From assembly GCA_002104905.1 (NCBI GenBank), contig MCFE01000272.1, positions 42,020 to 106,019 on the forward strand: DNA of 64,000 nucleotides, written 5' to 3'. Position numbers and translations under genes: made by a program. This document shows positions 1 to 12,399 of this stretch, piece after piece. The notes below the pieces were generated by a model. The model was not told where the DNA came from. It was given only the letters and a program-made list of their open reading frames with translations, and ran no database searches. The stretch is from Basidiobolus meristosporus CBS 931.73 (lineage: Eukaryota; Fungi; Basidiobolomycota). Position 1 is the stretch's first letter. Each line of letters opens with the position of its first letter.

Positions 1-1091
1 GGATTTAATACATATGCTACACAATAGATATGGACATCTTGGAATTGAAGGAATCTATAGCTTTGTGAAAGCCAGAGCATGGTGGCCCAGAATGAAACAT
101 GACATTGAAAGCTAGTGAAAACATGCCCAAATTGCCAAATCAACCAAGGCCAACCACAGAGAATTGCTGAACTCTTTACCTTGGAGCCTGTAAGATCATT
201 TGATAGATGGGGAATTGACTTTATTGGAAGACTGCCAACTACAAGGAAATGCAACCATTGGATCCTAGTAGCAATTAACCATGCCACTAAATGGTCAGTG
301 GCTAAAGCTGTACCTATAGCCAGCAAATCAGAAGTTGTAAGTTTAATCTACCATGAGATCCTTATGAAGTTTGGATGCACTGTAGAGATTTTATCCAATA
401 GGGGTGCAAACTTTATGGCAAAGTCATTGGAAGCTTACCTGGAAATGCAGCAGATTAAACACTTGAAAACCTTGGTATATCACCCCAGAACTAATGGAGT
501 CACTGAATGGTTTAATGGTTTATGTAGAAAATGCTGACCAAGTATGCAAATCAAGTTGTCAGCAGATGGGATGAGTATATAGACCAAGCACTCTTTGCAT
601 GCAGAGTCAGAGTACACAACACCACCCAACAATTGCCATTTTACTTAGTGTATGGATGTGAACCAAGGATTCCAGGAGATCTCACACAACCAAAGCTTAC
701 AGACATCTTAGAAAATGAACACAGTCAGGCTAGCAGACACCAGCAACAGGAACAAAGACGTCAAGAGGCACAGACCAAAGTATCTCAAAGTGCGCAAAAG
801 ATGAAGCAGAGATTTGATAAGACTATAGCACCAGAAGCATTGACAGTTGGGAACTTTGTATTGCTAAGAAACTACACTTGGAAGAAGTTTGAGCCACAAT
901 GGACAGGACCATTCAAGATCATCAGAGAATGTCCATTTGCAACTTACCTACTAGTGGACAGACAAGGCAATATCTGGGAAGACTTAGTACATAGGGACAG
1001 ACTCAAGCTTGCAAGACTTGCTGATAATACTGAACCATCAAGATATTGGTATCACAAGAAAAGAGATTCAGGAGATCCTTCTCAACTTTAG
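1..1091 (+). pseudogene. Ty3/Gypsy pol 3' end (integrase), frameshifted; element runs off the window start
   Basis: HHCC zinc motif (H-NRYGH...CPNC), core RWGIDFIG...YHPRTNGVTE, C-terminal GPF motif (FEPQWTGPFKI); split across ORFs 115-537 and 531-1091. Confidence 0.9.
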
Positions 1092-1101
1092 TAGGGGAGA
1101 A

Positions 1102-1470
1102 TGTCATGATCTGCCACTTAAATGCTTAAGTTAGATCAGTTTTTACTCAAATCAATTGGTTATATGTTTAGCTTATCAGTATATCAGTATTATCTATCAA
1201 ATCAGTAGCATTAGTCAGCAAATGAATCAGCAGATCCTTATCAGACAGAGATAGAGATATTAAGTAGGATCATATTGGGTGATGATGATGCAATCAAATG
1301 AGTCATCAGCCACAGCCTACATTAGGAAATACAATTAGTGAGCAATTGATCTGGCAATATGTATATAAGGAGCTGCTGGAATCTCAATAAAGATCAACTT
1401 AAGTTTTAGTGAATACAATACTAGCTAAACTCCCTATTCCTCTACAACTCTTATACCAAGACTTGTTACA
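1102..1470 (+). mobile_element. 3' LTR (369 bp) of the Gypsy element
   Basis: Follows polypurine tract TAGGGGAGAA; TGTCA...TTACA termini; colinear with the 369-bp copy at 8112-8480. Confidence 0.85.
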
Positions 1471-1559
1471 ACATGATATTCAGTTGTTAATTTAATTTTG
1501 TACCCTTTTTTTGTCCCACTTGTTAGAAATCCACCATTGAGGGAAAACATTATTTATAC

Positions 1560-1900
1560 GCTGAATATATTCTAGTAACACCCCATCTAAAATAGCTCAT
1601 GCCGTGTGACATCTGCTATAAAGCTATCAAGTACCACACTTACTATCAATCAAGCCCCAACATTATTGATATATTCAATGGCAAACATTGCAAGTAACTA
1701 AGATGCAAGGGCTTCTTGCCTTAGTACTTGATGGATTCTCTATTCACAAGTACTCTACAAGTAAATCCTGCTAGCCACTGATTTATATCAGCCTGTTTCT
1801 GCCACTTATCTTATGGTGTCAAAGCAGAAGTCTGATTGTAGTCTCATTGGTATCTGGGTCTTTATCACCACCCTGCCTGTATTGCTACCAGTATCCATTG
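1560..1900 (+). pseudogene. CACTA/EnSpm-like transposase fragment
   Basis: Translates to LVLDGFSIHKYSTSKSC*PLI, matching the better copy near 12480 (LVLDGFS...SCWPLILFNL). Confidence 0.6.
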
Positions 1901-1929
1901 CTGAATGAATATTGTATATTTTCCAGCAA

Positions 1930-2990
1930 GATTCTATCAAATGGCTGTGATATCAAAGTGCGTAGTTTTATCTGCTTTGGAGATACCCCAGCCATTGTCA
2001 AGATAGAATTTTGTCAGTTGCACAGTCAACTAACTCCATCAAGTTCTTTTCTACAGCTTCACTCAAATAGTGGTGTTGTATATCTATGTGCTTAGTTCTG
2101 GCATGATAAGTAGGATTTCTAGCTAATGAAAGGCAGCTTTGACTGTGTTGCAATATAAGAAATGATTTGGATATAAGGAACTTATTAATAATAGTAATAA
2201 CAGTGGAACTGTTGCTTGCTCATAAAGAAGCTCAGTACTTGTATGTTTCTGGAAGTAATAAAAGTGTAACAATCAATAAGGAGAACCTTTCAACACTCAG
2301 AAGCATGCTGCAACAGTTTGAGGGTTGGTACATAGTGTTTGATAAAAGTGCAAATTTGATCTTGATTGTAGGGGAATTGTCATAGGATCATAGATCTGAC
2401 AAGAGTGGCAAAGCTAGGGCTGGAAGTAAATACTACAGTGACAAAGACTAGTCCAGAATTGTTAAGTAGATTTTTATCTGCTGAATGATACCAAATAGTA
2501 CAATGTTTCAGCAAAGGTTTTGTTTTGAATAATGCTTGCTTGATACAGACTTTGCTCTAAAGATCTTCTCTAAAAATTCCTGTGCTGATTTGGCTGTACC
2601 TGAAGTATGAATTTGTCCAATGAAGGAATCTTGCACATTGATATATATGGCATTACAGGACTTTCTCTCCTTCTCCTGAAACTTCTTCACTTCTTCTGCA
2701 GCTCCTTTGGACTCAGCTTCTTTTTCTGTTACTATATTCCAAAGCTTTTTTCCCCCAGGTGAATCTGCATCTTGACTCTCCAAAGTCTGTAGTTCTTCCC
2801 ATCAAACCTCTCTTTTGCAGGTAAGATGTTTGAATTATTGTGCTTGCTGGTATTAGTTATGTGAACAATAGATTGAACTAATTAGGTTCATATCCTATTG
2901 CAAGTTCTAGCTAATGAAATGCAACTTTGATTATGTTGCAATTTAAGAAGTGATTTGGATATATGGGACTTATAAAGAAATAGCAATAAT
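1930..2990 (-). pseudogene. Decayed Copia remnants (RNase H and gag fragments) of a second family
   Basis: Minus strand gives ARNPTYHARTKHIDIQHHYL (Copia RNase H); ORF 2508-2783 resembles gag (LWNIVT...SCNAIYINVQD...TAK). Confidence 0.7.
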
Positions 2991-3680
2991 GGCTGAACTG
3001 TTGTTTATTCATAAAGAAGCACAGTATTTATATGCCCACTTGGCACATCTACAGCTTTTATGCAACAAGATTGTGGCAGGATTTGAGCAGCTCAAGTACA
3101 AGTATAAAGCTGAGTGCATAGAGCCCTGCTGCCACTGTATCCATTCTATACTCCACCTTTTGGGAACTTCCTAAGGAGTGGATGTGTGGGGTGATAGGAA
3201 GTTGGGTCAAGTTACAATACCACCATATCCAAATCTCATCATGAATATAACCTTTAAGTCTATAATGGATATGATGAGTTGGCACACAGAGGACAGCCAA
3301 GAGTTGAAGAATATATATGACAGATGTGCACATGGAGACACCTATACCTTTGGCATTAAGAAATTCAGCAGCCCCTATTTGTGGGTAATCTGTTAAGTAG
3401 TGCTAAGTTTGGTTGGGTGCAACAAGCAGCTAATTTCTATAAGGACAACTTTACCAAAGTATGATGGGTTCTTCTTGGTCACAAGCCCATTTCCACACCA
3501 TTAAATACACAACTCTCACAAACAAGAGCCAGAGCATACCTATAAGGGTGACTGGAATCCAGCATGGAGAAGGAATATATTGACTAATCAGCAAAAAGTT
3601 GTTTGCAGATATTGAGGAGGTAACTTTGGCAACAGTGGCAGCAACCAAGCATATATTTGCAAGATGTATAAGTTACCAGC
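2990..3680 (+). pseudogene. CACTA-like transposase C-terminal fragment
   Basis: GFEQLKYKYKAECIEPCCHCIHSILHL aligns with ORF 14395-14841. Confidence 0.6.
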
Positions 3681-3794
3681 AATCCACAATTATTTCTAAA
3701 AACCTCTCAAGCTTGAAAAAATATTTTTACAAGAAGTTTTCTGAAACAATAAACCATTATGATTTGCTCTTTATGCAATACCTATACGCACACC

Positions 3795-4080
3795 TTTTTT
3801 GATTCTAAATATCCTCTTGAGCTTGAAAACCTGTTTTGTCCAAAACTCTCTCCAAATGACAAGTTATTTAAAGTAAGTCCTATTGTAATAACTACATATA
3901 ATTTATCTTATTTCTAAGTATTCTCTCTGAGCTCAAAATTTTTCTTGTCCAAAACTTTCTTCAAAGGACAATTTATTGTAAGTAAGCCCTACTGTAATAA
4001 TTGCATAAGCTTTATTTTGATTCTAAATAGTTTCTCCAAGCCCAATTTTTTTTCTCAGCCAAAAAGTTTCTCCAGACAAC
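3795..4080. repeat. Degenerate ~109-bp tandem repeat, about 2.5 copies
   Basis: TTCTAA-anchored units at about 3803, 3912 and 4021, each with CCAAAA(C/A)TTTCTCCA...GACAA. Confidence 0.5.
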
Positions 4081-4439
4081 AACCTTTTGAGCATGTTAAC
4101 TCTTAATATATACAACATATTTTTTAAATTAAGAATTCTATTCAGACTTGATTTTTTTTAAGTTTTGTTGACAGCCATCTCATGTCTATATATTTTCTAC
4201 ATTTTTAACACGTTCCTCTCATTTAAAAATAAGCTTCAGATTTGTAAGAATATCTCTTTAGCTTGAGCAAGTTTAAACCAAAAATTATCCCAGACAATAT
4301 GAATCATGGTTTACAAGTTATTTTTTCCAAAAAATTTCCCAGGCAACAAGAATCATGTGTTATAATAAATAAAAAACAGATTCCATTTCATCCACTAGCA
4401 GGGTGATTCTGTTCATTATATTTTTCATTTCTTCCCCTG

Positions 4440-5171
4440 GAAGCATCTTTGTGGTAAAATATTCTGTCAACAATATACCTTCTTAGCAGTACAACTTGAC
4501 TAGTATGTGTTTCTAATGCCTTCCAGGCATTCTTTGCTGTTATTGCTCTTGAGCATTGAATTAGCAAGTTGACTTTGACATTAAGGCAAATGCAGTTAAA
4601 GGCACTTTATTCTTTCTTCTGGTACTTTAAGGCTTGCTCTCCCATTCTTTTAGGGGGGCATTCTTCTGCCATGATAATATCCCAAAGGCCTTGTTCTCAA
4701 AGCAGCATCCTCATCTTCACCTTTGACACTTTGTAGTAAAATCCATCCAACTCTTTGGTGGAGGGAAGAATTCTAGTAATAGCAGTAATAGACATTGAAG
4801 AGAATGACAGCCTGGAATTCATAATTGGTTGTGAGAGTATTGTGGAAACTGGATGTGATTGAGAGAAATAGTAGATTATGTGATTTTCACCTAAGGATAT
4901 ATGGAATGTAAAAGTAGTATTTATACCTTATATAATCATGGCATAACAAACACAGAATAGGCTGAGGAAGGTCCCAAGAACATGATGCAAAGTTGGAGAC
5001 TGATTGCCTGACTTACCTGATTTTCATTTTCTGGGTATCTGATATTTTTGTGAAAAAATTCAAAGTAGCTCCTGACAAAGAACTTGGTTATTATTCTCCA
5101 ATATATGTAGGTAAGGATATAATTCACCACATTTGGTGAATACTTAGGTGGATTAACAAGCTTTTACAACA
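4440..5171 (-). mobile_element. Copia family 1 fragment (LTR ~4828-5171 plus gag start)
   Basis: Reverse complement matches the LTR and gag of the copy at 54126; TGTTGTAAAA terminus at 5171. Confidence 0.75.
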
Positions 5172-5379
5172 CAAATACAACTATGGTAGTGTATAAGCCC
5201 AAGGGAGAGATATATCTAACACTTTGCAAGGGTCTTTATGTGAAGTGTGCAATATCCTCTGGCAATGTCTTGCTAAGAAAATTGAGGTTTTGTTACCATA
5301 TTCATGAGTAGGGAAGTAAAGCCTTTGCTTCTGAAGGGAAACCTATAGAGCTTCAATGCTCAACTTTGCCAGTATCCTA

Positions 5380-5930
5380 ACAAAATATGTGCCAGGTTCA
5401 GCATCCTTTGAATGACAATGTACTGAAGGTTTCAAAGTCACAACAACTGTAAACTCCACCTGCAGGGACTTGACAAGAATGCAGATGTGGTCAATAATTA
5501 CAAAGCTAAAAGAGTCTCTTTGTCTGTACAAGAACAAGCTAGGGCAAGCATCAAATATAATGAAAGATAACTACTCTTAATACTCCCTACAAGCAATACC
5601 TCTAAGGTCAGTTGGCTATCAGTGTAGTTTCCTGGGAGTATCCTGTGGTTTGGAACTGGAATCTCAGGTAGCAGCAGGTAGCAGTGGTTGCACTTATTAC
5701 CAAGTTGCAATATTACTCAATGGGGCAATGAGTAATTATTAAGGGAGTGTCTGCCTTATAAAATTTTATCACTGGCTAAGTGATTGCAAATCATGATGTT
5801 TCAGAAGGTTCCTGAGGTCAGTTTAAGTCATAAACTCAACAGAATGAGCTACAAGTACTGAAGTAGGTGCCACCAGGTTCTATAAGGCAAAGCACCTCCA
5901 ACCAATCAGAGCAGAGTATTTAGAAATCTA
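5380..5930 (+). mobile_element. Diverged partial copy of the 1.07-kb LTR-like element at 13037-14107
   Basis: Colinear similarity to about 13260-13800, including the junction CAGTG-TAGTTTCCTGGGAGT. Confidence 0.6.
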
Positions 5931-6699
5931 GATCTGAATCAATGCACTGTGCCAAGATGTTCAATGTAATTCATAGCTGTTAAGAACTATCAGGTGCATT
6001 GTTGTAGCAAGCAATAGGCAAGGTTGTTGTTGGACAATTACTCACTAGGTTGGTTGATCTTTAACACTATGGTTAAATCTTACACAACAAGATTGGCATG
6101 GATGATTGCACCAATTTGTAATGTTTGCATCAGGTGCATTATTGGACACTTCTATTATGGTAGGCAAAATCTGGTATTCAGATATGTGTCATTAGTTTAT
6201 ATAGATATTAATACATATTACACTAAAAACTACACTCTTACTTACCAGCTTGGTGATCATCACTCCAATTCAACTGCATATCAGTGATTGATTGGACTAA
6301 AGGTATCCCAAAGCAGTGAGCCTCTCATTGGCTCATGTACCAACACACAAGCTATCTAATTTGCCATCAAATATCCCATTTTACCAATTGAGCAAGTAAT
6401 TTCCTGATCATAGATATTAGATAAGGCATCATTGCAAGCAGATTGTGTAGGTGCAAATCAGATCAATTAATATGTACTCCTGAGACTCCCCTAAAAATGA
6501 ACAAAAATCTTACAAACTAACTTCTAAGTTAATATTCTGAAATATGTAATTTAACTATGTGCTAGTTCATAATATATTGATAATTAGGTAAACTCTCGAT
6601 TATTGAACAGATTTTACTGCTAAATATAGTTACAAAATTGACAGTGTTTGAGCAGTCTTTTGACAAGAATAGCTTATCATACTAATGGTCCTGATGAGC

Positions 6700-7900
6700 T
6701 CAACATTTGTTTGAGCAGACCTAACTAGCCAATACATCCAATTGCCTTATATAGCAAGTAACTTGATGGTATTCTGCTGGTCTAATTATAAACCTCTGCT
6801 GGCATTATAACAACAGTATGGCAATCTACAGCTAGTTCTGTATAATGCTACCATACCAACTTAACATATGGTACTTTCTTCTTGTACCTCACCTGACACC
6901 ATTTAAATTGCCACTGTAAAATCATCCCTCTTTATTTGCTTATCCTCTACTTCCTTGGGTATTCAACACATAGCTTGAATAAAAGAAACTATATCCTCCT
7001 GCTTACTAACATCTACATAGGTGCACATCTGCTGCAATTGACACTCTTATATCAACTCAACTTCAGTGCTTTTTAGCATGATACTTGCAAGCTTTTGACT
7101 TACCTTGTCTTGCTGATAACATATACATCTTGCAAAGATATGCTTGGTTGCCACCACTTTTGCCATAAATGCCTCCGGAATATTGTCAAAGATCTTCTCA
7201 ATAATTAGTCAATATATTCCTTCTTCCTGCTTGATTCTATTCCTCTTATATGTGCACTCTGACTCTTACTTGGGTGAGTTCCAAAGTAAATAGTGTGGAA
7301 TCTGGCCTGTGACCAAGAGAAACCTGGCATACTCTGGTAAAGTTGTCCTAATATGTATTAGTTTCTTATTGCACCCAACCTAACTTTGCACAACTTTGCT
7401 GATCACCCACACATCAAGGCTGCTTTGTTTATTATTGCAAGTGGCATAGGTGTCTCCATGCTCCAATTTGTGCTCACTATTTTCCACTTGTTCCTGGCTG
7501 TCCTCCATGTGCCAACTCATCTCATCCACAACAGATTTGAAGGTAATATTCTTGCTGAGACTGGGATATGGTAGGCCCTGCAACTTGAGTTGTCTTTCTA
7601 TTTTTTCTTATATGAGCAGCATTAGAAACTCCAAAAAGGTAAAGCAAGATCCATGATTCTCCACACCAGGCAGGATGGAGTTCAGAATGGACATAGCAGC
7701 AGCAGAGATCTACACATTCAGCTTTATGCTTACAGTGCAGTTACTCAAATCCCAATACAAACTCTTTGCATAAAAGCTGTAGGTGCATCAAGTTGGCATT
7801 AGTGATCTGTTAGGGATAAACATTCCTACAATTTCAACATATGACTCCCAGTGCTTCTAGTTTACTCTTGGTACCTTATGAAAAATAATTTGGTCCAGTG
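6700..7900 (-). pseudogene. CACTA-like transposase C-terminal fragment
   Basis: ORF 7380-7583 (PYPSLSKNITFKSVVDEMSWHMEDSQE) matches 14395-14841. Confidence 0.6.
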
Positions 7901-8111
7901 AGCAGATTCAATTTGGATCAGCCCTCAGGAAACTGCAATGAGTCAGTCATAATGCTTACAGCTTGGAATTATTGACCCTCCACACAGTCTTATGATGGGA
8001 TTATGATGGTGATTTGCCAATTTTACTGCCATATAAAGTAGAAATTCTAATGGAGCTTAAGCAATCACATGACAAGAATTGCATGGCATTCTCGCAATTT
8101 TAATGTGCCTC

Positions 8112-8480
8112 TGCTATGATCTACTGCTTACATGTTTAAGTTAGATATGTTTTTTGCCAAATCAATTTGTTCTATGCTTAGCCTATCAGTTTATCAGTAC
8201 TATCTATCAAATCAGTGGCATTATTCAGCAAATGAATCATCAAGTCCTTATCAGACAGAAATAGATATAAAAGCTAGGATCTTATTGGGTGATGATGATG
8301 CAATCAAGTGAGTCATCAGCCATTACCTACATTAGTGGATACAATTAGTCAGAAATTGCTCTGGCAAAGTGTATATAATGAGCTGGTGGAACCTCAATAA
8401 AAATCAGTTCAAGTTTTTGTGAATACAATACCAGCTAAACTCCCTATTCCTCTCTAACTCTTACACCCAGACTTATAACA
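8112..8480 (+). mobile_element. Solo LTR of the Gypsy family at 1-1470
   Basis: 369 bp, TG...CA, colinear with 1102-1470; no clean target-site duplication. Confidence 0.8.
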
Positions 8481-8489
8481 CTTTATATT

Positions 8490-9626
8490 TATTTGAGCAG
8501 ACCTGACTGGCCAGTGCATCCAATTGCCTTATATGGCAGGAAACTTGATGGTGTCCTGATGGACTCATTTCAAGCCTCTGTTTGCCTATCCACTACTACC
8601 TTGAATATTTTAGATACAACCCATATCCAAAAAAACTATGGCCTCCTGCTTACCAACCTTTACATAGGTGCACACCTGCTGCAATTAACACACTTCTATC
8701 ACCTCAATTCTATGGGCTTTTAGCATGATGCTGGCAAGTTCCTATATGCCTTCTGTTGCTGGTAACATATACATCTTGTAAACTAATGCTTGGTTGCTAC
8801 CACCTTTGCCATAAATACCTGCTGCATATCTGCAAAGAGCCACTTAATATATACCAATTTATTCCTTCTCCTGGCAGGATTTAAGTCCCCCTGATAGGTG
8901 TGCTCTGGCTCTTGTCTGTATGAATTCCATATTGAGTGGTGTATAAGCTGGGTGTGTCCAAGAGAAACCCAGCACACTTTGTTAAAGTTGCGCTGATAAA
9001 AACTAGTTGCTTGTTGCACACAGCCCAACTTGCATTACTTAGCATTACCTTGTATTGGGGCTGCCTAGCTGCTTGATGCCAAAGGCATAGGTGTCTCCTT
9101 GTGCTCATCTGTCCTCAACATTTTGCAACTCTTTCTGGTGGTCCTGCATATGCCAGCTCATTACATCCATGACTGACTTGAAGGTAATATACTTGATGAG
9201 ACTGGGATATGGTTATACCTGCAACTTGACATGTCTTCCTTTCTCCCCACATATCTGCTACACAAGAAACTCCCAAAAGCTGAAGGAAGGAGCAATATTC
9301 TCCACATACTAAGCAAGGTGGAGTAGAACATGGATACAGTAATGGCAGAGATCTACATGCTAAACTCTATGCTTGTAGTATAGCTGCTCAAACCCATCAC
9401 ACACTATTTGAACAGAAGCTGTAAATGCATCAAGTTGGTATTGGTGATCTGCTTTGAGATAAGTAATCCTATAATGTTGCATATGGCTCCCAACATCTCC
9501 AATGTATGCATGGTAGAAATAGTTTGAGAAGGTCAATTGAATATATACATATCCAGTTCATCCAGTCCTGGCATTTTTATTACTGCATATGCACACAAAT
9601 AATAATTGGAGCACATGAGAAGTACT
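8490..9626 (-). pseudogene. CACTA-like transposase C-terminal fragment
   Basis: Reverse complement is colinear with about 14250-15300. Confidence 0.65.
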
Positions 9627-9630
9627 CCAG

Positions 9631-10704
9631 TGTGGTGGGGTGACAGTGACACCCACTGACAGATGTGCTCATTCCCATATTTTCTACTTCCCTACGTCTC
9701 TGCCACACTTATTTTTGTTTTATCCCATTTGTCTTACCTGTTCAGTACTATCCCATAAGCCGGTTGACTATCACACCTGCTTACCTTATTGAATAGGTTA
9801 TCCTGCATTTTATGTAAGATTACTAGCTATAAGTACCTCTATATTGAGCAAGTACCTGCACAAGTACCTGTGACACCTGATCAACCCATGTCACCATCCC
9901 TAGCATTTCCATACCATATATAACATCTCTATATTATACAGGTTTCAGAGTACTGATTCCTGATTGGTTGGATGTGTTGTGCCTCTTAGAGCCTTCTGGC
10001 ACCTACTTAGAGCATTCTTAGGTCATTCTGATGTCATTAAGATTTCTGCTGACACCTGGAACCTTCAGGAACACCATGATTAGTAATTACTTAGCCAGTA
10101 AGAAAAGTATATAAGGGAGGCAATCCCTCAACAACATATCACCATCCCTTTTATCAGTAGACCAACTTGATGATCAGTGTGATCACTGCTACCTGCTGCT
10201 ACCTGAACTTCCAACCCCAGACCACAGGACACTCCCAGGAAACCACTCTGTGGTGGTGTATAGGTCCAAGGGACAGATACGCCTAAGACTTCTCAAGTAT
10301 TTTGTGTGTGCGGTGTTCACTGGGTGCAATAACCTCTGGCAAAAGCTTGCTAGGAATACTTGGGTTCTGTCTCTAATCTTATGTGATGGGGAATAAAGCC
10401 ACAAGCTTGTCATGGGAAAACTAATGAGCTACAATCCCCAACTTAGTTGGCATCTTAACAGAAGTATGTGCTGGGCTCAGCATCCTTTGAGATGACAATG
10501 TACTAAAGCTTCCAAAGTCAAAGCAGCTGTAAACTCCACCAGCAGGGACTTGATAAGAATGCAGCTGTGGTCAATAGTTACTAAGACCAAAAAGTATATT
10601 TGCCTGTACAAGAACAAACTTGGGAAAGAATCAAGAATAATAAAAGATACCTACTCTGAGTATTCCTCACAAGTAGTGCCTCCAAGGTTAGTTGGCTGTC
10701 AGTG
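9631..10704. mobile_element. Rearranged copy of the 1.07-kb LTR-like element
   Basis: 9631-10246 is the reverse complement of 13492-14107; 10249-10704 is a direct copy of 13037-13492. Confidence 0.75.
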
Positions 10705-12399
10705 CAGCCTAAGTCATGCTCTGTTTCCATGACCTTGGCAGGAACCCTATGACTTATGCCACTGTTGATTCACTTGTTCCCATACATCCTGGTCTTCAGC
10801 TGGCACTGCAAGGTCTAGCACCTCATCTGACAGTCTTTGCAATAAATTCTTCCAGTGTTGAAGTATGTGTTTTTGGGGACTGCTCTTGAAGAAGTGCTGC
10901 AGACTCTTGGTGTGCCTATTAAGGTTCAAAATTCCACTGATGGTATTGTGATAACCTTTTGAGTTCTTAATACTGTTACTTTGCCTGTCAGTGGGATCTC
11001 TGCTCTGTCAACAATGGAGGATGTGGATGCTGTGGTAGACAAATTGCCTTGCTCTGCAAACTCATCTACCTCACTGTAGTGTAGCTCAATTGGCTGCATT
11101 TCCAACTCTTGTGACAACAGCTGTTTTCTTGCTTGTAATTCTACTTGGCTATGATGGGATTTGGTCTGTTCTGGGCTAATGGTGTTTATTGGCAAGCACT
11201 GCAGCTTTTTCTCACACTACCCTGTCCCTGGCTTTGGTAGACTTTTTCCCTTTACCATTTCCTTTATCACTGCCAGGCCCTTCACTACCATTTTGACTGA
11301 GTACCTCTTGAGTAGAACCACATTTTTTCCCTGGTAAATGTTGTGCAGGTACATCTGTGTCTTCCTGCTTTTCCCTTATTGGTACTCTTCCAGCTACCTG
11401 ATATCTCTTTGATGCTTACTTGGAGCTTTTTGCCCTGCTTGTGATGGGCTCTTGAGGAAGCCTCTTTTTTTAGCTGTTGCACCCTTGTTCCTGTGCCTTT
11501 GATAGTTTCTGATATTCTTGAGATACTCTCTTAGCATACTAATGCTGGCCCAGAATTTGCTTGCTAGTTTGAATCCAGGATAATGCCCATGGAGCAAATT
11601 AGATACATTCTGATTGGCCTTGAGTTCCCAATGGTCCCATTGTATGCCAGCCTTAAGGTGTTGGCATGCAGACTCCTATATTTGGACATTTGCCAGTCAC
11701 TACTGTACCAGTAATATCTTGCCAGCTGCAAAATACTTTTATAACAGCACCCAGCTGTACTTGTTACCTTGCGCAAACTGAGTCAGGTGAGTTTGTGATG
11801 CCTTCAGGCTCATCCCAGCCTCCTAAATATAGCACACATAGGGATAGCTCTGAAGAAGCAGGCTCACTGATGGATTATGATCCTATTTCCCCTGACAACA
11901 GTACCCTACATGAGCTTGGCAAAGTCCCATTAAGCAATGAGACAGCACCCATGGAAAAAAAAGCTAAGTATACTTTATGGAGTCAAGTGAGCCCAGAAAT
12001 CCATCCACTGGTGAATGATGTAATGTTGTGGCTAGAGAAGTGGCACATTCCACAAATATCAGAAATGGGGGCTCTGAGGACTCAATAGTACCTCTTGCCA
12101 AAATCATCCCAGGATGCAACTTACCATGTACATGGTAAAAATGGACAACCATCATGCAGCTGGCAGCATATGACCCAGAGACTGTCCTGATACCAGCATG
12201 TGTTGATAGTTGCATGGGATACACATCAGAAAATGCCACCATTACAAGGTGACCTACTTGTCAGGGATCCACCACCATTGGGGGAGTACATTGTTCATAC
12301 CCTGGATATATTTGGGTAATACCCCATATGAAGAATCCTGTGCAGTCTAACAAATATTGTGAAGCTATAAAGTACTGCACTCAGTATTAATTAAGTGTA

